Origin: an uncultured archaeon
GTDB taxonomy: Archaea > Aenigmatarchaeota > Aenigmatarchaeia > CG10238-14 > EX4484-224
Assembly (NCBI GenBank): GCA_964524025.1
Contig: CAZGBT010000005.1
Span: 4,554-58,893, forward strand
DNA: 54,340 bases
Direction of reading: 5' to 3'
Numbering within the stretch: the first letter of the stretch is position 1; every line of letters begins with the position of its first letter. The notes beneath the pieces are model-generated. The model was not told the origin of the DNA, searched no databases, and saw only the letters and a program-made list of their open reading frames with translations. Made by a program: the position numbers and the translations under genes. This document shows positions 41,243 to 50,978 of the stretch, one piece after another.

Positions 41243-41314
41243 TGGACCGGCCGGGATTCGAACCCGGAGCCTCCCGGTTGCAAGCCGGGCGTTCTACCAT
41301 TGAACTACCGGCCC
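41243..41314 (-). tRNA. tRNA-Ala(TGC)
   Basis: G3:U70 acceptor pair; CCCGG-CT-TGC-AA-CCGGG. Confidence 0.96.
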
Positions 41315-42342
41315 TTGTTTCCTCTATAAATCCTTAGTTTCATAACTTTTTCTAAATTTTCACAAGCAGGTCTTACATGGCACCCTTTACAAACTCTTCT
41401 CCTAAAATTTGGAAGTTTAGACTTAGGCGGTACTCTTTGCGATCTGTAAGTTTCTTCAATTTTTCTTTTTAAATTCAAGAATTCCTTTTTCATTCGTTCC
41501 GTAATTTCGACCTTAACAAGTATTTTTGAGCCATAATAGACTAGCACACATTCTGAAACTTCTCTTCTGAAAAAATTTTCGACAAGCAAAGCTTCTCCTA
41601 TACTCTGCAAAAGATGCTCCTTTTTAATATCCTTACCTAACTTTCCAGCTTTTATGTCTATGGTTACTATGCTACCATCATTCCTAAAGCAGATCAAATC
41701 TGGCGTTCCATCCAACCCAATTTTAAAACTCTCCAAAAATTTTTCTGGATAAATTTCTGAAAAGTTCTCTTCGATAAAAAAACCATAAAGGCTTTTTAAA
41801 AATTCAACTAAATCGCTCTCTTTGATTTCAACAGTTTTACCTTCAAATTTTTTAATAGCCTCCCTTGCTGATCTTTTTAAATTTTCTTCTAGAGACAATC
41901 TCTTAAGTCTACTTACGAATAGCCTAACAGCAAGATGAATCACTTCACCATCCCAGACCTTTCCTTTCTCCTCTTTAAACTGCTTCGACAAAACTATTTT
42001 TTCTAGCCATAATCTTCGAGGACATTGAAAAAATTTCGATACCTCAAGCGGTGTGACAAAAATCTTTTTAATCCTAGCGATCCTTCTTTTCACAATTTCC
42101 TTAACTTTCACCAAATCTCCTTCTTCAAGTTTTAATATCCTAACTTTACCTCTTTTTCCTTCTATCTTTCCTAATTTTTTCAAACAATCTAAAATTATGA
42201 AAAAAAGATCAGAATTCGGAACGTTTTTAACAAAAATTTCGTGCAAAAGCTTTCTTATTTCAACCTCTTTCTCGCTAAACCTTTTAATTATCCTCAAAAC
42301 GTTTACAATTTCCTTACTCCTATCTCCAACTTCCCATCTCAC
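41305..42342 (-). CDS. Solo Cas4-like PD-(D/E)xK nuclease with 4-Cys Fe-S motif
   Basis: FQCPRRLW..G..IH..GTPDL..DIK..Q..CKGCHVRPAC. Start moved to GTG 42342 because L24e occupies 42347-42496. Confidence 0.8.
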   Translation of the reverse strand: MRWEVGDRSKEIVNVLRIIKRFSEKEVEIRKLLHEIFVKNVPNSDLFFIILDCLKKLGKIEGKRGKVRILKLEEGDLVKVKEIVKRRIARIKKIFVTPLEVSKFFQCPRRLWLEKIVLSKQFKEEKGKVWDGEVIHLAVRLFVSRLKRLSLEENLKRSAREAIKKFEGKTVEIKESDLVEFLKSLYGFFIEENFSEIYPEKFLESFKIGLDGTPDLICFRNDGSIVTIDIKAGKLGKDIKKEHLLQSIGEALLVENFFRREVSECVLVYYGSKILVKVEITERMKKEFLNLKRKIEETYRSQRVPPKSKLPNFRRRVCKGCHVRPACENLEKVMKLRIYRGNKGR

Positions 42343-42346
42343 GCAA

Positions 42347-42496
42347 TCAACTTCTAGCCCAGTAAGGCTTTTTCTTCTTCCTCCAGAAATATCTTTCGCA
42401 TTTCTTTGAGCAAAAATAATAGATTGAGCCATCTAGCTTAACAAACATCTTTCCCTTTCCCTTAGGTATTTCTTGTCCACAAAAGGAACACTTCAT
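42347..42496 (-). CDS. rpl24e: Ribosomal protein L24e
   Basis: Manual translation MKCSFCGQEIPKGKGKMFVKLDGSIYYFCSKKC; L7Ae-S28e-L24e synteny. Confidence 0.95.
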   Translation of the reverse strand: MKCSFCGQEIPKGKGKMFVKLDGSIYYFCSKKCERYFWRKKKKPYWARS

Positions 42497-42497
42497 C

Positions 42498-42704
42498 TTA
42501 CCTGCTTTCTAACCTCATTGCGACCTCCATCTCAGTTTCCCTAAGCATTAGCACGTCACCAACTCTAACAGGACCCATCACATTCCTAATTAAAACTCTC
42601 CCTTTATTAGGGCCGTCTAAGACTTTGCACCTTACTTGAGTTACTCCCTTAACACCGCTTCTCCCAAGTATCTCTATAACTTCAGCTGGCCATGCATCAG
42701 CCAT
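42498..42704 (-). CDS. rps28e: Ribosomal protein S28e
   Basis: [22 protein letters not shown]. Confidence 0.96.
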   Translation of the reverse strand: MADAWPAEVIEILGRSGVKGVTQVRCKVLDGPNKGRVLIRNVMGPVRVGDVLMLRETEMEVAMRLESR

Positions 42705-42705
42705 G

Positions 42706-43074
42706 CTATTTCTTTATTTTTTCTAGTTCTTTGACGATTTCTTCTACAAGTTTTTTAGCTTCACCAGGTTCAACTATACAAGCTGATGCAGCAGCAACTT
42801 CTATTCCACAATACCTCCCTAATTCAAGCTTGCTTGGGACATAAAGATAAGGAACTCCTTTTTCTTCGCATAGAGGTGGTAAATGCATAACAATTTCTTC
42901 TGGATCTACATCTTCTGCTATATAAACGAGCTTAGCTTGTCCTCTCTCTATAGCTTTTGTAGTTTCGTTAGTACCTTTTTTAATCTTACCGGTAGCTCTG
43001 GCCAATTCTATAGCTTGCAATGCTTTTTCTACTAACTCTTTTGGAGTCTCAAATTTTACGTACGACTTTGGCAT
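42706..43074 (-). CDS. rpl7ae: Ribosomal protein L7Ae
   Basis: [21 protein letters not shown]. Confidence 0.97.
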   Translation of the reverse strand: MPKSYVKFETPKELVEKALQAIELARATGKIKKGTNETTKAIERGQAKLVYIAEDVDPEEIVMHLPPLCEEKGVPYLYVPSKLELGRYCGIEVAAASACIVEPGEAKKLVEEIVKELEKIKK

Positions 43075-43116
43075 ATTCTCAGCTTTTTAATAATTAAATA
43101 GACAGTTTAAAAAATG

Positions 43117-44757
43117 TTAGGGGTGGGAAAAATAAAAAATTCCGTCTGCTTTTCTACAAAATCCAACCCTAAATAATTGAATTATTTCACCCTTTTTCAC
43201 ATTTTTGATAGAAGGCTCTGCTAAAGCTGTTATCTCTTCTCCGTTTGGCATTAATATTTTTATTTCCTCAAATGGCTCAGAAACCCAATGAATCTTAGGA
43301 ACTTCAAATTTTACTTTTGGAGAAACAATTTCAGAGATTTCATTTAGTTTTATCGTACAAAAATAGGCAAGCCCTACTTCCTTCCCTTTATACTTCTCGA
43401 AATCTTCTTTCTCTACATAAATAGCTTCGGGGTTTATTTTAATCACAGTTTCTCCCCTTTCTGGGAAGTTAGGATGGAGCTTCTTTTTAATTTCCTTCGC
43501 TTTTAGACCTTTTATTCTAATTTTTCTCGGATTGAAAACACAGAAGTATCTATTTGCTTTTGGGTCTATTATTTTTCTGTTTTCCGCGTACAATATTTCA
43601 GCAGGTACCTCAACATCTGCCAAACTCAAGCCCATCTTAATTATAAAATTCCTTAAAGCTTCTGGTTGGATTCCCCTTTCCATCAAAGATTGTAAGCTCC
43701 AAGTTCTTGGATCTTTCCATCCTTTAAGCAAACCCTTTTCTATAGCTTTTCTAGCCTTACTTTTGCTTAATTTTGCTTCTTTAATTCTTAACATTCCATA
43801 ATGTATGAAAGGTATAAGCGGCCAACCAAAAACTTTCCATATAAATTCTTCGACCCTATCTTCTATCACTAAATCCTTTCCTCTTAAAATATGAGTAATT
43901 CCTAGCAAATGATCGTCTATAGCCCAAGAAAATTCTAATAGAGGCCATACTATGTATTTATTTCCAACCCTAGGATGTTCTCTTTCGCATATCCTAAGCA
44001 ATACCCTATCTCTAAAGGCTGGGTCAGGATGCTTCATATCGGTTTTTAATCTTACAACCGCCTCTCCCTCTCTAAATTTACCTTCTAGCATTTCTTCAAA
44101 TTTTTCTAAATTATCTTCTATACTTCTTGACCTACATTTGCATTCAACTCCAAGTTTCCTATTCTTTCTTAAAACTTCAACGGGACATTCACAAACATAA
44201 GCAAAACCTTTTTCTATAAGTTTCTTTGCATATTTGTAAAAGATTTCTAATCTATCAGACTTGTAGTATATCTTATGAAATTTTACACCAAGCCATTCAA
44301 GACCTTCTAGTATGAGATCGTAAGCCTCTGGTAATAATCTTTTTTCTTCACTGCCTATAGTATCGTCAAAAACCAGTAACAATTTCCCTTTATACATCTT
44401 TACATATTCATCGTTTAAGATAACCATTCTTGCATTTCCTATATGTAAAGGTCCAGATGGAAAAGGAGCTAGCCTCATAACAACTTTTCCTTCCTCAGCG
44501 AGAGGCAATGGTGGTAATTTGAATTCCTTACCTTTTACTTCTAATGTTATGCCAAGCAACTGGGCTTTTTCAATTATCTCATCATAACTCAGCTTGTTAA
44601 CTTCTTCAACAACTTCTTTACATACCTTAATAACTTCCTTAATTTTTTCTCGAAGCTGAGGAAGTTCTCCTAAAACTTTCTTAATTACTGCATCCTTCCT
44701 TGCCTTCCCAAATTTGAGTGCATTTTTTATAGCATATTTAAACGCAATTTCTCTCAT
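43117..44757 (-). CDS. gltX: Glutamyl-tRNA synthetase
   Basis: RLAPFPSGPLHIGN, THILRGKD, LSKSK. Confidence 0.96.
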   Translation of the reverse strand: MREIAFKYAIKNALKFGKARKDAVIKKVLGELPQLREKIKEVIKVCKEVVEEVNKLSYDEIIEKAQLLGITLEVKGKEFKLPPLPLAEEGKVVMRLAPFPSGPLHIGNARMVILNDEYVKMYKGKLLLVFDDTIGSEEKRLLPEAYDLILEGLEWLGVKFHKIYYKSDRLEIFYKYAKKLIEKGFAYVCECPVEVLRKNRKLGVECKCRSRSIEDNLEKFEEMLEGKFREGEAVVRLKTDMKHPDPAFRDRVLLRICEREHPRVGNKYIVWPLLEFSWAIDDHLLGITHILRGKDLVIEDRVEEFIWKVFGWPLIPFIHYGMLRIKEAKLSKSKARKAIEKGLLKGWKDPRTWSLQSLMERGIQPEALRNFIIKMGLSLADVEVPAEILYAENRKIIDPKANRYFCVFNPRKIRIKGLKAKEIKKKLHPNFPERGETVIKINPEAIYVEKEDFEKYKGKEVGLAYFCTIKLNEISEIVSPKVKFEVPKIHWVSEPFEEIKILMPNGEEITALAEPSIKNVKKGEIIQLFRVGFCRKADGIFYFSHP

Positions 44758-44758
44758 G

Positions 44759-45598
44759 CTAAACAAAAATTATTGAAGCATACCCAACAACAGAACTTTT
44801 ATCGCCAGTTATATCACCAGAAGTTTTGTAACAAAGCAACTTTCCTTTTTTCGCTCCTAATTCCTTGCAGCAAGAAATTGCTATTAAAATAGGGCCAAAA
44901 CCACAAACAGAAGCGTTAAGCTTTACTAAATTTTCATAAAATTTCCTTTCGTCCATTTTTTCTATAAACTTTATAAGTTTTGTATCAGCCTCCTTAGCTT
45001 TTTTATGAGGAATGTAATGAGAAAAATCTGACGATGCAAGCAAAATCCATCTTTCGCTTGCTTTCTTTATGCAATCAGCTATAAACTTTCCTACTTCTAT
45101 GCATTGGTTAAAAAATTCTTCGCTCGGAAACGGATGCAAAACCGAAATTGGAACAAACCTAAAATCGTTACCAAATCTAAACTGTAAAAATGGCAGCTGA
45201 ACTTCTATTGAATGCTCGCTTTCATGCGGTATAGCGTCTAATTCTATCCATCTACACTTTAATAAGCAACTAGCAAATTTTGTATCTATTAGAATCTCTC
45301 CTAGAGGAGTTTTCCACAAACCTTCTTTTAAGATAGCAAATGGTGAACCCAAACCATAATGGTTTGGTCCTATGATAACATAATTTGCCTTTTTAATCCT
45401 CGAATATACCCAAGCGGCTGTCGTTCCAGAATATACATAGCCAGCATGTGGTACTATTGCACCATAAAATTCCTCTTCTTTTATAAATTTAGGGCCAAAC
45501 TTGTGGTTAATCAATTCTTTTATAAGTTTAATTAACTCATCTGGATCACTAGGATAGAATGAACCTGCAAATCTTGCCTCCCTTATTTTAATCATCAA
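44759..45598 (-). CDS. MEMO1-family protein
   Basis: AGSFYP, PHAGYVYSG, GPNH, EHSIEVQLPFLQ, SSDFSHY, CG.GP. Confidence 0.93.
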   Translation of the reverse strand: MMIKIREARFAGSFYPSDPDELIKLIKELINHKFGPKFIKEEEFYGAIVPHAGYVYSGTTAAWVYSRIKKANYVIIGPNHYGLGSPFAILKEGLWKTPLGEILIDTKFASCLLKCRWIELDAIPHESEHSIEVQLPFLQFRFGNDFRFVPISVLHPFPSEEFFNQCIEVGKFIADCIKKASERWILLASSDFSHYIPHKKAKEADTKLIKFIEKMDERKFYENLVKLNASVCGFGPILIAISCCKELGAKKGKLLCYKTSGDITGDKSSVVGYASIIFV

Positions 45599-45691
45599 TT
45601 AAAATTGCAAAATTTCCATTAAAATTATATAATTTGCGGGTTAACCTTATTAAAGCTACTAAAGATAAATTAAATAGACTGGAGGTAAAAC

Positions 45692-45973
45692 GTGAGGGGA
45701 AAACGCTTAATGAAGTTGTTCTTCCATACTAAACCAGTAAAGATATTATTAGAATTATTAACTGGTCCAAAATACGCAACCATTATAGCAAAAAAAATAG
45801 ATTGTACTTATTCGCATACGGTAAAACTTTTAGATGTTTTTAACGACTATGGGATTGTTAGTTTCGAAAAGAAGGGAAGGATCAAAATAATTAAATTAAC
45901 GCCAAAAGGAGAGGAACTAGCGACTGCTCTTCATAAGTTAGTTTCTTTGTTGGAATCTATTAGGAGAAAATAG
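45692..45973 (+). CDS. Small winged-HTH regulator
   Basis: YATIIAKKIDCTYSHTVKLL...KKGRIKIIKLTPKG. Confidence 0.85.
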   Translation: MRGKRLMKLFFHTKPVKILLELLTGPKYATIIAKKIDCTYSHTVKLLDVFNDYGIVSFEKKGRIKIIKLTPKGEELATALHKLVSLLESIRRK

Positions 45974-46877
45974 TTAAAGCTTCCTCCCCTTTCTTATACC
46001 ATTTTTTAAGTTGGCTCTCTGTATAAAGTTCGTATTCTGTAGCTAAATATCTTGCATGGCCAGCCAACCTATCAACTATAGGTCCTGGCAAGCCTGCAGA
46101 TATAAGTTGCGTTTTGAAAAATTTTCTTAGTACGTGAGGATGTAAATTATATCTTTTACCCACTTTCTTTGAGAAATTCTTAAATGCTTTGCTTAGTATA
46201 AACTGAAGGTTTTGGTAGGACATCTTCTTTCCGCTTTTCGTTGCAAAAATATAAGATTCTTCAGTTAGTTTTTCACCCCTTTTCTTCCTTTCCTCTAAAT
46301 AAAGTTGTAAGTATTTTTTAGCTTCGTTCGTTATGAAAGTTATCCTTCCTTTTCTATGCTTTGAAATAAGAGACTTTACTTTAACCTTAGGTGGGTTCGT
46401 ATTTAAATCCACATCTTTTAACCTCAACTCTAATAGCTCGCTTGCTCTTAATCCTGAAGATAAAAGAAAAAGTATGATAGCTTTAGTTCTTAGATTTGCC
46501 CTAAGCAAAATTTCTTTTAAATCATCTTTTGAAGGAAGGTAATCCTCATGAATAGCATACTGCCTTAGCTTAATTTTTTCCTTTATTTCTATTCCATTTG
46601 CCTCGAAGAACTTTTTTAAAGAAAATGCCCAAGTTGCCACAGTCTTAGGAGCTAAATTCCTTGATGCCATCTTTATTAAAAAATCTTTGTAAAGTTGATT
46701 AGGATCTACAAGGCCTTTCTTTATATCTTCAACCAACTTATCTAAATTGTCAAATTCCATAACTTTTGAAAAATACTTCAGACCTTTTAGGTAAGTATTT
46801 TTAGTGTTAATACTTCTCGTTAAAAGCAAAAGTTCACCAAGCATCCTTTTGACCGAGCTAAATTTTTCTATTTCCAC
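45960..46877 (-). CDS. Tyrosine recombinase (XerA/integrase family)
   Basis: SGLRASEL (R), HVLRK (HxxR), LAGH and a C-terminal Tyr; no flanking mobile-element genes. Confidence 0.92.
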   Translation of the reverse strand: MEIEKFSSVKRMLGELLLLTRSINTKNTYLKGLKYFSKVMEFDNLDKLVEDIKKGLVDPNQLYKDFLIKMASRNLAPKTVATWAFSLKKFFEANGIEIKEKIKLRQYAIHEDYLPSKDDLKEILLRANLRTKAIILFLLSSGLRASELLELRLKDVDLNTNPPKVKVKSLISKHRKGRITFITNEAKKYLQLYLEERKKRGEKLTEESYIFATKSGKKMSYQNLQFILSKAFKNFSKKVGKRYNLHPHVLRKFFKTQLISAGLPGPIVDRLAGHARYLATEYELYTESQLKKWYKKGEEALTIFS

Positions 46878-46912
46878 ATTATTGATTTAAAATTTTACGA
46901 GGAAAAAGTTGT

Positions 46913-47353
46913 ATGAGACTGCCATTTGCTATAAAAGATCGTGTATATGGAATAGCAGGGGAGTTTGAAGAACGTATCGATTCTTTCCTTAGGAATGAAC
47001 TAGGATTAACCCCTATATTGGATTACGGGAGGGAGCGTGAATTATTTAAATTTTACATGGATGAGCATGGCGACATAATAGTATTGAAAATAAAACGTTC
47101 GGAAAGGCCGCTCATCTTAGATTTAAGAGTATCAGGAGAAAAAGTTAGATGTAAATTATTTGGCTATCTTGTTGAACCAGAAATCTACACCTCTGACGAT
47201 TGCTCACTAAATAAATTAGATTTACGAGTATTATTCAGTTACTTTAAAAGTTCTTTTGAAGAAGAAGTTAAAAAAATAATTAAAGAAAGGGAGGAAGAAA
47301 TAATCAGATTATACGAAGAAAAGAAAGCCATTCGTTCCTCTTACATAGTTTAA
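46913..47353 (+). CDS. Hypothetical protein
   Basis: 146-aa ORF filling the gap; no recognised motif. Confidence 0.55.
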   Translation: MRLPFAIKDRVYGIAGEFEERIDSFLRNELGLTPILDYGRERELFKFYMDEHGDIIVLKIKRSERPLILDLRVSGEKVRCKLFGYLVEPEIYTSDDCSLNKLDLRVLFSYFKSSFEEEVKKIIKEREEEIIRLYEEKKAIRSSYIV

Positions 47354-47386
47354 AACTTTTAATTTTTCTAATCCAAGTTAGGAAAC

Positions 47387-48019
47387 ATGGAAAAATTGAG
47401 AGGGGCCTTGCTTAAATCGTTAAAACAACTTAGAGAAATCTCTAAAAAAAGAAAATTCGAACAGTCTGTAGAACTTATAATAAATCTTAAGGGAATAGAT
47501 TTGAGAAAGCCAGAAAATAGGATAAAAGAGGATATTATATTACCGCATGGTAGAGGAGATGAAGCAAAAATCGTTGTATTTTCTGATACTTTTAAAGATT
47601 TGCCCTGCCCTGTGTTAGGAAGCAAAGAAATAGAAGCGTTAGGAAAGAATAAAAGGGAAGCTAAAAAATTAGCAAGAAAGACAGATTTTTTCCTAGCAGA
47701 GCCAAGGCTTATGCCGTTAATAGGAAGGAATTTAGGAAAGGTATTAGCACCAAGAGGAAAAATGCCAAGATTAATTAAGGGAGACCCGAAGAGTATGATA
47801 GAAAAATATAAGAAAGCTATTATGATAAAAACAAAGGATAACCCAGTTATCCAATGCAAAATTGGAAAAGAGAGCATGAAAGACGAAGATATTGCTGAAA
47901 ATGCTATGGAAGTTATAAATACAGTAATTTCAAAATTACCAAAAGGTAAAGTTAACATAAAAAGTATTTTTCTGAAGTTTACGATGAGCAAACCTGTAAG
48001 GGTTGAAATAAAATGGTAA
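47387..48019 (+). CDS. rpl1: Ribosomal protein L1
   Basis: RKFEQSVELIINLK, LGKVLAPRGKMP, K.TMS. Confidence 0.96.
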   Translation: MEKLRGALLKSLKQLREISKKRKFEQSVELIINLKGIDLRKPENRIKEDIILPHGRGDEAKIVVFSDTFKDLPCPVLGSKEIEALGKNKREAKKLARKTDFFLAEPRLMPLIGRNLGKVLAPRGKMPRLIKGDPKSMIEKYKKAIMIKTKDNPVIQCKIGKESMKDEDIAENAMEVINTVISKLPKGKVNIKSIFLKFTMSKPVRVEIKW

Positions 48020-48756
48020 GCGAAAGAAAAATCCAAATGGCTGAAGAAATTAAAAAGCTTCTAAAAGATTATAGAAGTTTTGGTGTTTTTGACTTGTTCA
48101 AGCTTACAACAAGAGAGTTCCAAATTATTAAGAGAAGATTAAATGATCTGAAATTTAAAGTAGTGAAAAAGAAGATATTCATAAAAATTTTAGAAGAGTT
48201 AGGAAAGAAGGAAATAGAAAAATATTTGCCTAATCAAATTGGTTTATTTTTTTCGAACGAAACCAATCCATTCAATCTTTTCAGAAAAATCGAGAGATGC
48301 ATAGTCTATAGATTTGCGCTTCCAGGTGATACTGCACCTAGCGATATAATAGTGCCTCCAGGACCTACTAAGTTAAAGCCTGGACCTGTCATAAGCGAAT
48401 TTGCCAGGGCTAAAATACCAGCAAGAGTTGAAAAAGGCGTCATAACCGTAGTAAAGGAAGTTACTGCAGCAAAAAAAGGTGATGTTATAACAAAAGAATT
48501 GGCTTCCATTTTAAGGAAGCTTGAAATAAAACCAATTCCAGTTAAGTTAAAAGTAAGCGTTATTTGTTGCGATGGGGATATTTATCCGAGAAATGTTTTA
48601 GAACTTGTTTTTGAATATCCAAACTTACTCAAACGATGCATACAATATGCGTTCAACCTTTCGATAAACATAAATTATCCAACTAAAGAAACTATAAGAT
48701 ATTTAATTATGAAAGCATATTATCATGCTAATGCGTTGAATAGGGTGATGAAATGA
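48013..48756 (+). CDS. rpl10: Ribosomal protein L10/P0 (short C-terminus)
   Basis: PGDTAP.DI.VP.GPT..KPGP, L.KLEIKP; located between L1 and L12. Confidence 0.92.
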   Translation: MVSERKIQMAEEIKKLLKDYRSFGVFDLFKLTTREFQIIKRRLNDLKFKVVKKKIFIKILEELGKKEIEKYLPNQIGLFFSNETNPFNLFRKIERCIVYRFALPGDTAPSDIIVPPGPTKLKPGPVISEFARAKIPARVEKGVITVVKEVTAAKKGDVITKELASILRKLEIKPIPVKLKVSVICCDGDIYPRNVLELVFEYPNLLKRCIQYAFNLSININYPTKETIRYLIMKAYYHANALNRVMK

Positions 48757-49043
48757 AGGAAGTTTATGCAGCTTTATTATTGCATAGCGCCGGTATAGAA
48801 ATAAACGAAGAAAACATCAAGAAAGTGTTAAGTTCAGTAGGAATAGAAATAGACGAAAATAAAATAAAAGCCTTAGTTGCTTCTTTAGAAGGAGTTAATA
48901 TAGATGAAGTTATCCAGCAAGCTCAGACGATTCCTACGGCTGCAGCAGCTCCTGCTGAAGAGAAAAAGGAGGAAGAAAAGAAGGAAGAGGAGGAAAAAAG
49001 AGAAGAGGAGGCTATAGCAGGGTTAGGAGCCTTATTCGGATAA
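48753..49043 (+). CDS. rpl12: Ribosomal stalk protein L12/aP1
   Basis: YAALLLH, acidic hinge, GLGALFG. Confidence 0.97.
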   Translation: MKEVYAALLLHSAGIEINEENIKKVLSSVGIEIDENKIKALVASLEGVNIDEVIQQAQTIPTAAAAPAEEKKEEEKKEEEEKREEEAIAGLGALFG

Positions 49044-49642
49044 TGGAAAGATTGCTTAAACTAGCAGAAAAGATTAAAGATAAGAATCTAAGGAAAAAAG
49101 TAATAGAACTTCTAAAAAATCCTAGTTTACAGCATCCAGAATTTAATAAATATCCTAAAGAAAAGCTTGAAAATGCCATCTCACTTTTTACAGTAACAAC
49201 ACCCTCAGGCCCTATTACGGTACCAAGAGATGTTTTAAATCATACTATAGCTGTAACCAAAGCTTGCATTTGCCTATCTCAGATATTAAAAGATACTTTT
49301 GGATTAAAGCTAAACGAAGATTATCTCATAGCAGCTGCTTTGTTGCATGATGTTATGAAAGTCTTTGAGTGGAAGAGAGATGAAAAGGGTATTGAGCCAA
49401 CTGGAATTCTTTTAGACCACTCTATGCTAGCTGTAGCAGAGCTTTATAGAAGAGATTTTCCAGAAGAGGTTATCCATATAGTAGCGTCGCATATAGGAGA
49501 AAGTGGGCCGACGCCGCCAAGAACTTTCGAAGCTTTGCTGCTTTCTCAAGTAGATTCGATGCTCTCCTTAATAGAATTTAGAATAGCCCAACAAGCTTCA
49601 TACTACCTTCTGTCACAGCAATCGAAAAAGGATGAAAAATAG
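49043..49642 (+). CDS. HD-domain phosphohydrolase
   Basis: NHT..LLHD..DH..SH..D. Confidence 0.85.
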   Translation: MERLLKLAEKIKDKNLRKKVIELLKNPSLQHPEFNKYPKEKLENAISLFTVTTPSGPITVPRDVLNHTIAVTKACICLSQILKDTFGLKLNEDYLIAAALLHDVMKVFEWKRDEKGIEPTGILLDHSMLAVAELYRRDFPEEVIHIVASHIGESGPTPPRTFEALLLSQVDSMLSLIEFRIAQQASYYLLSQQSKKDEK

Positions 49643-50672
49643 GAAAATAGCAGAAAAGGTAGGAAAAGAATTAGCTCTTTTTCTTGAAAACTTAAAAATA
49701 AAGAATGCCTTGCTTATTCACGACGAGGATTGTGATGGAATAAGTTCAGCTAGTATCTTAGCTAAATTATTGAGAAAAAAAGATATAGAGATAGAGTTTT
49801 TAGCTGGACATGCAGGAGAAGATATCAAGATAAGCAGAAAGTTTGATTTTTACTTTATCTTAGACATACCAGATCTTAAGCTCAAAACCAAAAATTATGC
49901 CATATTAGACCATCATCTACCGACTAAAGTTAACGTTCCTTATTTCAATCCGAGATGCATAGACAAAGAAGCCTATATACCAGTTTCTTGCTTTGTTTAT
50001 GAAGCTTATAAGGAAATTGTAAAAAAAAGGGATGCCTGTTGGTTAGCTGGAATCGGTATTTTAGGAGATTTTGCGATTAAAAGCTGTAAATACGTTCTAA
50101 AAGAAATAAAAAAGGAATTTCCAGAATTGATTAGTGGTTTTTCTCGAGAGTTACTTTTCGAAAAGTCGTTACTAGGAACTTTAACAAAAATAATTAACAG
50201 CTCAAGAATTGTAGCAGGGAAAAGAGGAGCTTCTATGGCTGCAAGCTTTTTGTCTAAAATAAATGATTGGAAAGAAGTTTTCAAGTTTAAAAAGAAAGAA
50301 AGCAAACTTTTGCTAAAATGGTACTTCAAATATATCGAGGAGATGGAGAAAATATTAAAGGTTTTTGAAAAGGAGAAGCTTGAGAATGAAAAGTTTGTCT
50401 TCTTTTTAGCGGAATCTAAATACAACTTAAGGTCTACCCTAGCATCTTACTTAACAAAGTTTTACAAGGGTAAGGTAATAGTGATAGGGCAAACTATTGG
50501 AAAGTTTATTCATTTTAGTGCAAGATGCGAAGGTTGTAGAATTAATCTAGTAAAGTTTATAGAAAAATTAAAGAAAAGCGTAAACGCTGAGGGGGGAGGT
50601 CATAGGCAAGCTGCTGGGTTTAGAATAAGAGAGGATAAGCTGAATGATTTGTTATCTATTTTGAAATTTTGA
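49632..50672 (+). CDS. DHH/RecJ-like phosphoesterase
   Basis: HDEDCDG, LDHH, SAR, GGGHRQAAG. Confidence 0.9.
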   Translation: MKNRKIAEKVGKELALFLENLKIKNALLIHDEDCDGISSASILAKLLRKKDIEIEFLAGHAGEDIKISRKFDFYFILDIPDLKLKTKNYAILDHHLPTKVNVPYFNPRCIDKEAYIPVSCFVYEAYKEIVKKRDACWLAGIGILGDFAIKSCKYVLKEIKKEFPELISGFSRELLFEKSLLGTLTKIINSSRIVAGKRGASMAASFLSKINDWKEVFKFKKKESKLLLKWYFKYIEEMEKILKVFEKEKLENEKFVFFLAESKYNLRSTLASYLTKFYKGKVIVIGQTIGKFIHFSARCEGCRINLVKFIEKLKKSVNAEGGGHRQAAGFRIREDKLNDLLSILKF

Positions 50673-50720
50673 AATGACCCCCTTCGTAACCAGTAAGTTT
50701 TTAAGAGAAAAGTTAAATTC

Positions 50721-50888
50721 ATGAGATGCATTAGATGCGGATCTCCTCGAATAATAAGATTTCTTGATGGAATGGGGGAGAGAAGAATTTACTGCAAGGA
50801 TTGCAGGGGAAGTTATCTAGAAGAAGCTGTTCTGGAGTTCGGAATAAAACCATTAAAGGAATTCATTTATACAAATCCACGAATCTGA
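50721..50888 (+). CDS. 55-aa Zn-ribbon microprotein
   Basis: MRCIRCGSPRIIRFLDGMGERRIYCKDC...; TTTTTAA box about 22 bp upstream. Confidence 0.7.
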   Translation: MRCIRCGSPRIIRFLDGMGERRIYCKDCRGSYLEEAVLEFGIKPLKEFIYTNPRI

Positions 50889-50978
50889 ATATGAAGGTTA
50901 ATATTAATATCATAAACGACAGAGATGTAAAGAAATTGCTTGTAAGTGTAAAACTAGGCAACAAAATTTTTGGATTTA

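Noticed and set aside
41305-42342. Cas4-like gene as part of a CRISPR-Cas system
   Set aside because: No array or other cas genes nearby; the context is housekeeping.
42343-42432. N-terminal 30 aa of the ORF-track Cas4-like protein
   Set aside because: Overlaps the clear L24e gene in another frame.
45692-47353. Tyrosine recombinase as the integrase of a provirus or plasmid
   Set aside because: Flanked by core genes; no att duplication of a tRNA end and no viral or plasmid genes seen.
47368-48036. 222-aa ORF on the - strand and similar antisense ORFs (e.g. 20206..20829, 33511..34035, 29820..30170)
   Set aside because: Shadow frames of well-supported genes, with Ser/Phe/Ile-rich composition typical of the antisense strand.
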